A DNA stretch of 64,000 nt, taken from contig OZ038378.1 in assembly GCA_964036045.1 (NCBI GenBank), forward strand, positions 196,354,001-196,418,000. The letters run 5' to 3'. Of this stretch, positions 39,143 through 49,101 are shown piece by piece. This stretch comes from Eutreptiella sp. 'Long Island Sound 2002' (Eukaryota; Protista; Euglenida). The number at the start of each line of letters is the position of its first letter. Within the stretch, counting starts at the first letter, position 1. The notes under the pieces were generated by a model. The model worked only from the letters and a program-made list of their open reading frames with translations. It was not told the DNA's origin and made no database searches. Position numbers and translations under genes: made by a program.

Positions 39143-42100
39143 GTTTCACTGTTGGCCTGTGTGGCCAACAGTGAAACTCACATAAAAATTCAATTTCCCA
39201 AAGCTGCACTGTGGGGGCCATATTTCATAATGTTTCACTGTCAACAGTGAAACAGCAACTGACATAGAAGCATTGAGGTGTGATGGACGGCATCCCCAGA
39301 ACCCCCCACCCCTCCATTCCATCCCATGCGAGGCTGTGGACCAAGTGCAGCCACGAACAACTTCCCTCCGTGACAAACGAGTGTATGTAAAGGAGCAACA
39401 CAAAACACAGGTAGGACACTTGTGCATACAGTGTACCTGCAGAGTAGAAGCATATCCGTAAAGAAAAATACTGTCACTAGCAAATGACATCAGCAAGGGA
39501 GAGAGTTTCACTGTTAACAGTGAAACAGAGTTTTATACCGCACTCCGAGGTGCAACGTGGAAACAATACAACACATATATGACCCTGTTGGTGAAACTGA
39601 CATAGAAGATAAACAGTACATGGCTCTTGCAGTGAAGTACAGTGCAAATACACAGGGACAGTGTCATACAAGCAGAAGCGTACAATTTATGGTTCATAAA
39701 TGATTGTTCCTGTCTGTTGAAAAACAAAAGCACATAGTGGACTTCCGGACCAAACTGTGTGCAGTAGGTCATCACAGAGCAGTGCAGTGACAGGAAAAAA
39801 TCTAACACCAGTTTCAAGCATTTCGGGCACAGGTGTCATTATGGAAGTGTGTTTCACAGTTGACAGTGAAAGTACGGTGTGATGACCCAGCAAACCAGCA
39901 CACAACACACCAGCAACAGTACAACCGGAAGCGGTTCTCAAAAAAGCACAACTGACAACTCCTCCCATTCAGCCTACTGCTTTGCACTGCGGGTGCTCCG
40001 GGAAGCTTGCTCAAGCTGAGCCACACTGGGGATGGTCACGGCAGGGACTTTGGGTTTCCGCTTCAACCCGGGGGCTCCTCGTCCGCCGGATCCCACGCTG
40101 TTTGCGTCCTAAAGCTGCGCTGCAATTGCTTGCTACTGGCCCTTAACAATGCTGTGCAAATCCACGGTATCCTCTAGGTCCATTTGGGTGAGGGTGGTTT
40201 GCTCAGTCGGCCGCTTGGCACCTGCCTTGGCAAGGGGCTTGGCCTTCCCCTTCTTGTTCCTTGTTGCCTTCGCGGGAGCTGGCTTTGCATCGACACTAAC
40301 GGCATTGAAGGCGGGTCCGAGGACAGTTGGGGGCACATGAACCACAAAATCGACAGCATGGGATGAGGTAGCTTCCGGGCACACAGTTTCACTGTCAACA
40401 GTGAAACCTCCTCGGAGAGTCTAGTTTTTTGGAATGCTGGTGCCAGGGAATAGGGTGTCAAGGAACTTCTGATGCTGGCTTCCTTGCCTGTGTTCATCAT
40501 CAGCCTTCACACCATTCCCTTTGATTCCTCTTGCCTGTTGTATGTGTGTCCGTCCATGTACAGCACATTCAAAAAGGGCTAGCATGATATGATTCATGGT
40601 AGGGTTGGGCCATAAAGAATAGTGCACAATTAATTTCCGTCTTTATTGTGCATCCCTTGGCAGAAGGAACCACTACAAGTAAATGAGGAGCAGGAAGCAT
40701 TATGTTGCAGCACCGGTTTACACAATGTTAGTTTTAAGAACTGATAGTTGCCTTGTGTCTTGTGGTCAACAACATATTCAGCAAATTGAAAACAGCCAAA
40801 ATAAGGTGAGCCCAGTATCTTGCGTGATAGTGAAATACTAAAACTAATGCTCCAGTGACAACCAAAGGCAAATGGTCCTTTGAACCGAATCGTCTGCAGC
40901 ACACTTTCACTGTTGACAGTGAAACCCCATTAGAAGAGGGGCCTAGAACATGCAATTTCGTACTGTTTGGGGCTGCTTTTCTCCCACTTCTGGCACCTCC
41001 TTGCTCCCCGCAGGCTGCTAAAAAATGGAGGCTCTTGCAAAATTGGTGTGCCCATGTCACATAATCCTTGTGTCATTTCTTGGCGGATCCTCTCTTTTGG
41101 AAAGGCAACCCGGTTGGCCAATGGTGGTTCCCGCAAGAGTACAAAACCACTTCCCCGCAACTCAAGCCGTTGTTCCTTGGTTAGTGTTGTCATAGCCCTT
41201 GCATTGGGGACCGTTTTTGCCACTATCATCGGCTTTGCGAGCACCAGCATGTGGCGGAAGAACTTGAACACAGCAGCTACAGAGCGCAGAAGCCATTGCT
41301 TGGACCCACGACTAGGCTAGTCCTGCTTCAGATCTGCAATACTTCGTCTTGTTCGAGTATTCAAACGCAACTCCAAAGCCACCTCCACAAAAGGCAAAGA
41401 TGGTCCTCCTCCCAGAGCGCATTCCACCAATGGGTCCCCGTCTTGGTATAGCTCACCCCGATCCACAACGTCATACAACCCCGAGCAAATGTCTCGTAGG
41501 CTGAATGGGGAGGCACTGTTGTCAGTAATTGTGCCCTCTGAGGCAGTACACGTAGATTACATACAAACAGAACAAGCAGACAGCAACCAGTGGTTTCATT
41601 GTTGACATTGAAACTCAATCGTGGACAGGTGTTAGTAGGCAGAATAGCAGAACTTGTGTACAGGGTGCAATATGCCACCTGCTACTAACAGGGAGTGGTG
41701 GCAGTTGGTTTCACTGTTGACAGCGAAAATCTCAATGCTTCGGTGCTGTGCAGGCCAACCACCTGAAAGGCAGGAGAACAACACATGGAATGGTGGCACA
41801 ATGGGGGAGTACAACTGCAATAACATCCTCCTCTGGCACCCCGTTGTCCCCCCACCACGGCACAAGCACAAGGAAGCACAAGGGCACATAGCTGCAGGAA
41901 CTTACCATATGTACTTGATAACCAGAAGTAGTTTCACTGTTGACAGTGAAACTACGTGTGATAACCTGGCCTGGGTGCATGAGATGACAAAAAAAGTGAG
42001 TAAGAGGCCTCAAACAGTTTCACTGTTAACAGTGAAACTGTTTCCCATACTGTGGTGTTAATGGATAAGCAGGAAAAACGAGTAAAAAGAAATATTTTTT

Positions 42101-42763
42101 TGAAAAAGGTTGTAAAAAACGGAACCTGAAATATCACAAGACCGTCGTGTGGTCCAGTAGATAACCACCTCGTCTCGTCCCAGTGGGGGGCTAGGTTCGA
42201 ATCCCGCTACGTCCCCAACCTAGCCACCAGGTGGCATATCGCACCACCACGTGGTCACCCACTAGGCACGGCAAGTGCCCCGATGAGAAGGGTAACTCAT
42301 CTAACACTACCAAACTGGTTGTTTTTTGTCATGTTTGGTAGTATATTGGTGACCAAGTGGTGAAACACCAAATTCCTAGCCCGGTCAGTAAGACAGGTAC
42401 TCCACCAGGACCTTGAGGTATCAGCACAATTGTTCAAATGCAAAGTAGTTTCACTGTTGACAGTGAAACTACCTTGCACTGTTAACCTCACTTGGGTCCG
42501 TGCATACTCCACCACACCCAAATGAACCACCACCAGCACCAGGGGGGGGGGGGGTTGTAGACAAGTGGGAGGGGTTGGATACGGCCCAAAGTGGCATATA
42601 ATGTGGCCTCTCACCTCGAGTTTCACTGTTGACAGTGAAACCTTGGCCCGTTGGGGCCTAAAAATTCGATTACAAAAAACAGTAGTGGTCAAAAACTATT
42701 GTCTTCAGAAATCTACTGAACTATTGGGGGTTTGTGGTCATTTTTTTGCACCAGTGAAACTAC
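39143..42763. repeat. Array of 12 interspersed 22-bp palindromes GTTTCACTGT(TG/CA/TA)ACAGTGAAAC with unique spacers
   Basis: Copies start at 39143 (35-bp expanded hairpin), 39232, 39505, 39851, 40386, 40904, 41593, 41708, 41931, 42017, 42448 and 42620, with a terminal half-site CAGTGAAACTAC at 42752. Not noticed elsewhere in the window. Confidence 0.95.
42140..42215 (+). other. tRNA-derived sequence (SINE head or tRNA pseudogene)
   Basis: A-box-like TGGTCCAGTAG and perfect B-box GGTTCGAATCC at tRNA-like spacing. Acceptor and T stems pair poorly, so this is unlikely to be a functional tRNA. Confidence 0.6.
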
Positions 42764-42764
42764 C

Positions 42765-44690
42765 TATCCCGGGTGCAGGCCGGCACCTTAGGATGTCAGG
42801 TTCGTACCCCCAAGAGTCCCCGCTGCCGTCTGTGTCTCTTCGCTGACGGTGTGCCCCCCGCCCCGGGGGGGTGGGCCTCCGCTCTTCGTGCCCCCCGCTG
42901 GCGGCCCCGCAGGGCCATCGTCGGTCGCGGATGCCCGGCATGTCCCCGGGCACAGCAGTGCCACACCCCCCTACCCACAGCTGCACATGATGCGCATTGT
43001 CTGTGTTGGTGTGCCGCGCAGACCCAAAGGCGGGGCAGCCGTGGCCCCTGCTCAGGGCGTCTCGCCACTGCGCACTTTTGTGGCGGGGTGAAAAGCGCTG
43101 TCCTGTCACAGCGCGCCGTTCCCGCCGGAGTGTCCAGCTCCTCGGTGACACAGTACTGTGGGCCTCGCCTCGTCCCCGGTGGGAGCACTGGGCCCGCGTA
43201 GAAGTCGCTGGCGTACGCCCCCGCCGAGCGCTTCGCTCCACCCTTGCCCGGGCACTTCGCTTTTTGGGGCTGCTGCGCCGATGCTCACTTCACCGTCGTG
43301 CCTTGTGCTCATCGGCGCTTGCTCTGCTGTCGTGCCACCCTCGCCTGCTGCTGTTGGGCCCATCTCTTTGCGCTGTACTGTTGCATACGGCGCAGGTGGT
43401 GCCAGACCGCCGCCGGGCGTGTGAATATAGGCCTGCCTTTTACCCCCGCCGTGGTGCCCGCCCCCAGCGGGACCAAAGAGAGGCACCTGTTGGTGAAGCC
43501 CGCCGGGAGAATGGACCCCATGCCCGCCGCCTTCCCCAGCAGACTGACCGCCAGCCATAGGACTCTACCCTTCTCTTGCAGCGACATCTCTCCTCCCTTA
43601 AATCGTGTCTGGGGAGTAGGGGGGAGGGGTCTCCCTGTGTACGATTCGAAGTCCAGCACCGGTTCCAGGAATGACACTTGCCGGTGTGCCTCGGGCAGGC
43701 TGCCGTCACGTGGCAGCCACTGAAGCTCTAAGAGCCACCGCAGTATGGCCGGTTGGAAGTCCGGCCCCCATTCCCAGTCTCTGGGCAGCTGCCCCATTGC
43801 TGGCAATTGTGTTTTAGTCGGCCGCGGGAAAGGGGGCTGGAGCTGGTGCCAGGGGTACTGTTCCTGGGGCGCTTTGCGCTGCTCCCCGGGAAATAGGAGG
43901 CATTCTTCCTCATCTCGCTGCTTCCCGGCCCGCATCACCGCCAGGAACATGCAGTGCAGCTGGCGCACAAACTGTTCCAGCGGGTTCTGGTCGTCGTGTG
44001 CCCATTGGTGGCCTGCTAGGGCCAGCTCCTCCCGCTGTCGTGACGCCTCCACGGGGTCTTCGTCCAGCCCCGGCACCCAATGCCTCGAGACCCTGTCCAG
44101 CTCCTTACAGCGCTTCTTCCAGTCCGGCCCCCGCGCCAGGCCACTTCACCTCACCACCTCTTCTGACAGCAGTCCACACAGGCGCAGGCAAGGCGGCCAG
44201 TCAGACAGCACCCCCAGCTTGAGGGCCCATGCCAGCAGCATGAGCTCCGGCAAGAAGGGTTCCCGTGCCGACTTCCAAGCTGCACACCACCATAACAGGT
44301 GGTCTTCGTCCTCTCGCGTTCCTTTACTGCAGTATGGGCACTTGCCGTCTTGGCGTAGACCTCTCCGATGCGCTCTGTCCGCGGTCCACAACGCCCCCGA
44401 CATCACGCCTCGCATCATCGACCTGTCTAGCTCCGTGGCGCAGCGCGCTAGTTCGCTCAGTGTGAGCTCCCTGTCGATCCGTGCTCCCATGCCGCCGAAG
44501 AGTCTCGGTCTCCGTTTCTCCAGTGCCCCCAGATGATCCTCCCTCAGGGACTCTCGGAATAGGTGCTCCACATACTCCTTGGATGCGTGCACCAGGTGCA
44601 CCGAGATCCCGGTTCGCGGCATGGTCCAACTCCACCACCCCCGCAGGTTGCGCCAGCCGAGGCGCCGGAATTCTCGCAGTGCCCGACCGT
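42765..44690 (-). mobile_element. 5'-truncated non-LTR retrotransposon (LINE) ORF2 C-terminal region
   Basis: Near-continuous frame (ORFs 44146-44622 and 43309-44076) with the post-RT zinc knuckle GALWT...CPYC...EDEDHLLWWCAAW and a downstream Trp-rich region; one in-frame stop. Confidence 0.75.
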
Positions 44691-44759
44691 GTGTGTTTCT
44701 GTCCCCAATCTATCTATCTATCTATATTTCTGTCCCCATTTCTGTCCCCAATCTATCGC

Positions 44760-46548
44760 CGCTGCCAAATGCGGCCATCCAAACGGTAGTCAGGGCCATG
44801 GTAAAATCTGGTGACATCCCAGCTTGGGAAAAACAGGCATTACACCGTGCAGTCCGCATTGTGCGCTCTAACCCCGTGACTGTGAAGAGAGCCTTTGAGA
44901 CAGCCAGCAGGAAATTCGATCAACTCCAGTCTCAACCCCCCTGCAAATGCAGCCAGGTGTCCCTTAACGATGGTACGATCATGGAAATAGAGGGCCACAA
45001 AGCACTCATACCCATCTCCGTAACGGACACCACAGGGAACCCGCTACGCCCGAATGATAGTCTTCCACTGAAGGGTCCCAAAGTGCGAGCACAACTACTT
45101 AAAGACATCACGAAAATTGTGGACCACATTGGTGCGACCCTGCCCACCTCCACCGTTTGCTCCCCCCGTCCCTATGGGTGGAATCAGGAACTAACAGTAG
45201 ACACGTCGACGCACAGGCACAGCGCATCAGCGATTCACACTGTGTCAGGATTGTCGACAAAGGGGTGGGTGTAATGTGGGGATTTTGCAAACACTGGATG
45301 TGGGGGGTAGTAGAGTCGTTCCTGACGAGTGAGGGGTATGTGAGTACACCAGAGGGACAGCATGACGTCCTGAAGCGCATCCATAACATCATTCATAAGA
45401 ATGGCTGGGACAGGGACCCAGCAGGACGTCTTGCGTACCTGTACCTCATTGGCAAAGCAAAAAGCCTGCTAAAAAACCGATGGCTCTGGCGGCCCATCGC
45501 CGCGCTACCACGACCTCTCCTCCCCAAGAAAGAGTTGATTGTAGCTGCACGGGCCACCACTACCTTTCTTCGACTGTTAGCTGAGGAGGTACCAGGGAAC
45601 TTCATGGTTCATTCGGTCAACCAGGTGGCCGAGTGGTTTCATTGGTTGCCCTCCATGCAATGCACATGGCTTACAGAATTGGATTGCAAAGACCAGTTCA
45701 ACCATGTACCTCCTTCAAAGGTACAAGAGCACCTCACTGCTTCCAGTGCCTGGCTGGCGAAAAAACGTCGCTGGCACATGACAGAGATCTGCTGGAGTAT
45801 CCACAGGGACAGTAAAAAACTGGACAGAACAGGGAGGGGGGCATCGGGCAAATTTTGGTATATTGACCACCAGCAATTATCCGAAAAAATCAATTTCGAG
45901 CTACAAAACAACAATTATGTTCTTGCAGCGGGAAAAGTCTGGCAACGGACAGGATGTATTCCCATGGGGGGTTCATTTTCAGCCCAGGCAGCGGACCTAC
46001 ATTGCCAGTGGGGCGTGTACACATGCAGAGGCAAGTTCCGCGATCTGGGCGACCTCAGGATCAGCGATGCCGGCTTCGTTTACTGGGTAACACCATGGGG
46101 CCACCTCACCCTTTGCCAGTTTCGGGACAATATTTTAATGGCCACACCCTTCCCCGACTCGCCCTCTATCCGCATTGTGCAGCGTGTCTGCAAAATTTTG
46201 AATCAGTGCTGGGATCTGCGAGTTCTCTGTCCATGTGATGATTTGTGTCTACAGACGTGCCTCACTAATTCCGTGACAGCCATGGGATACACTTTGGTGG
46301 GTGGGTCCACAGAGACTAATACCGCCTATGCCCACCCCAGCTCCCTGGATACAGACTGGAACCTCAAGATGGGACCCCCCCTGGTTTCGCCTCCTACAAC
46401 AACCCCCCAGTACCTGCCTTCCATATACACAGGGGTAATGGCCAGCAGTATACCATGGAGCCGCATGAGTGTATTGGGTCCCCACCACCCGAAGGACCGA
46501 CAACAGTGGCAGGCACATGCTCCCCAGCAGTTGACCGGATGTATGTGA
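44760..46548 (+). mobile_element. Penelope-like element reverse transcriptase (one frameshift near 45145)
   Basis: Joining the 44579 and 45157 ORFs gives PLE-type RT motifs in order: VRIVDKGVG, LYLIGKAK...WRPIAA, ELDCKDQFNHVP, TGCIPMGGSFSAQAADL and CQFRDNIL (YxDD position). No GIY-YIG endonuclease is recognisable downstream. Confidence 0.7.
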
Positions 46549-47841
46549 CAGCCATGCTGGGTCCAGCAACACTCGCCATGGCTGACGATTGCATCCAAAC
46601 AAACGAAGTGGGGTGCAGCATCACACATGGTACGGCAGCAACAACTCTTGCAGGCATGAACCAGCGCCTCTTTCCCATTCGAACCAGCTCAAGAACATTC
46701 CATATTACCCCCCCCCCCCTTGCCCAAATAACGGCAAATTTCCAAAAAGTTGCGGGGGCTACACCTCGCGTGATTTGGACAAAGACGTTGTCTACGCGCG
46801 CCGCGCCTTCAGAAGACACAAGCAGTGAAAGGAAAGGGTACATCATTGACGTCGAGAAATTCATGCCTGTGGAGGCCCATGCAGTGTTGCTTCCTGAAAT
46901 AGACACAACAACAATAGGTACAACATTTATGAAAGACAACCATCCCCAGCCCCAAAAACACAGAAAAATCTGGACAGTCACCCAAAACCAGAAAATGGAA
47001 TCCAAATTCAATAGTTACAAAGGTTGCAGAAACAATCAGCCGATTAAGGTCCTGCACGCTGCGCATACAAGCGTTAGCGTACAGGCAGGACAGGGCCAGG
47101 CCACCGTGCCGCCTCCCTATGCCTTCCCCTTCGTGTACACCTCGCGAGGGAAGAACCCTCACCAAGGGCTCAGGTTACCTCCGCGCTGGCTCTCCCGTGG
47201 CCCTTGTCAGGGCCCGCCTGTGCTCCCTTCCAAAAGGCGTAGAAATAACGCCTTGCGTTGTTTGGACATGGGCGTTGTTTGCGCAAAGGCTATCACTCCT
47301 TATAATCACATGTTGAATGGGACTGTTGGGTTGAGGGAGCATTTATAGAAGAGTGGGCAGTGGCAGGGTGTGCAAAGGGCGTCCTTATAAAAGAACGGAG
47401 TCCTTATAAGAGAACGGAGTGTATGCCACTGTTGTGTTGAAGAGAAAGTCTCCAACTTTAGGAAATGTTTGAGGACAGGGCTGTATTATTTTGAAATACT
47501 AGTCTTTCGGCATGTTGGGGGTAGAACAGTTCATGATGCTAGACTGACAACCTCAGCAAAGCACCACATCATGTTCAAACACAGTGGAAGCTTGACCAAC
47601 AGCTGTCGTTGCAGTTTGATCTTGCATGTGCGCTGCAGCTTTTCAGCTGTTTTCCTGAATAGCGTGCACCCAATAGAAACCTTTCTAGGGGGAATGGGGA
47701 GGGGGGTTACATCTTTCACCACCAAAACAGCGGTCGAAAACTGACGGTCAGCGGAGTGCTCTGTCTTAACTCTTTGCGGGTGCTGGGCGCTCACAGTACG
47801 CGGCAGAGGATCTCATCCCGACCGCAGTGAACGGCTGTCGT

Positions 47842-49101
47842 TCACACTTCCCCGTCGCTTGCCTTGCACGTCCCCCGGTGGTGCCGAAGCCACCACAGCA
47901 GCACGCGACGCACGTGTTGCTGCTCCACGAGCACCAGTGTGGCGCCCAGCACGTGCTGCCGCACCCCCTCCTGCAGGACGACGCCGCCTTGCGCGCCCTG
48001 CGGTGCGTAACCTCCTCCAAACCCGCCCGCATACCCCCCAATTTGCACCCCTGGATACCCCCCAATTTGCACCCCTGGATACCCCCCTATTTGCACCCCT
48101 GGATATCCCCCTATCTGCACCCCCGGGTACGCGCCTCCATATCCACCTGCATGACCGCCTTGCATTCCCACGAAGTGCACCCCCCCCACATCCGCGACCA
48201 GACCCGTAGAGGAGGCGACCTCAAAGTCACGTCCTTCCCCTCGTACCACCACCTTCCGCAGCTCAAAGTGCGTATCGCCGACCGTGAGCACGTCGGTCAC
48301 AAACGCGTGTTCGAAGGTCATCCGTGCCAGCAGCCCGCCGCAGCCCCAGAACGGCAGCGAGAACAGCGTGAACGGCAGCGGCGCCCCGGAGAACAGCGCG
48401 ATGCCGGTCCACGCGGCCACGAACCCGTTCCAGAACAGCGCCAGCCCCAGCGTCAGGAAGGAGAACCCGCCCGGCGGCACCGTGACCTGCAGCTGCGGGC
48501 CCTTCGGGGCTGTGGTCCGCTCGATTGTGACGGCGCTGCCCGCAGGGGCCGCCTGCAGCAACTGCTCCAAAGTGCCCTGCTGCGCCGCTTCGCACCCGCC
48601 CGCCGCGGCCACGTCCCCTTCCGGCGCCATGTTGGTCTGGACGTACAGCTCCGGCCCCGCGCACACGAAGCCGGCGCCCAAGGCGCACAGCACGCACAGC
48701 ACCACGATGGGCACCCGCAGGCCCATCGGGGGGAGCAGAGATCGGAGGATCCACCCGCCCCATCCCCCCGCGCGCGGCGCCAGGCCGGAGGAGGGCGCGC
48801 CGGTGGCGGCCGGAGGCGGCACGTCGCGCGCGTCCCAGCCCTCGGGCGTGCGGTCGGGGTGCGCCTCCAGCCACGCCGCGACCGCTTTGCGCTTGTCCCA
48901 GTTGGTGATGAGGGTGGGCTGGGCCAGCCGCGTGTTCGACAGGGGGTCCGTGGCCGGTCTGCCCCTCCAGAAGTTTAACACCGCCTCGCGCTCGTAGGTG
49001 TGGCCCGCGAGGGTGATGACGGGATCGCGGAACATGACGCGCGTGATGGGGCAGCACAGATCCGCGGGCTCCGCCGTCTCACCTTCTTGCTGGTGTGCCA
49101 T
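47842..49101 (-). CDS. U-box domain protein with transmembrane segments (putative membrane E3 ubiquitin ligase), intronless, 419 aa
   Basis: Long GC-rich ORF. N-terminal U-box: DLCCPITRVMFRDPVITLAGHTYEREAV...TDPLSNTRLAQPTLITNWDKRKAVAAW. Hydrophobic segments VPIVVLCVLCALGAGF and GFSFLTLGLALFWNGFVAAWTGIALFSGAPLPFTLFSLPFWGCGGLL. Four YPGVQIGG repeats. Polypyrimidine tract plus AG 42 nt upstream of the ATG. Confidence 0.9.
   Translation of the reverse strand: MAHQQEGETAEPADLCCPITRVMFRDPVITLAGHTYEREAVLNFWRGRPATDPLSNTRLAQPTLITNWDKRKAVAAWLEAHPDRTPEGWDARDVPPPAATGAPSSGLAPRAGGWGGWILRSLLPPMGLRVPIVVLCVLCALGAGFVCAGPELYVQTNMAPEGDVAAAGGCEAAQQGTLEQLLQAAPAGSAVTIERTTAPKGPQLQVTVPPGGFSFLTLGLALFWNGFVAAWTGIALFSGAPLPFTLFSLPFWGCGGLLARMTFEHAFVTDVLTVGDTHFELRKVVVRGEGRDFEVASSTGLVADVGGVHFVGMQGGHAGGYGGAYPGVQIGGYPGVQIGGYPGVQIGGYPGVQIGGYAGGFGGGYAPQGAQGGVVLQEGVRQHVLGATLVLVEQQHVRRVLLWWLRHHRGTCKASDGEV

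Noticed and set aside
39143-42763. Bona fide CRISPR array
   Set aside because: Repeat ends resemble CRISPR repeats, but spacers are 54-667 bp and irregular, no cas genes or leader are present, and the context is a eukaryotic intron-rich genome.
47827-48997. Plus-strand ORFs of 383 aa and 237 aa
   Set aside because: Antisense shadows of the GC-rich U-box gene with no domain features.
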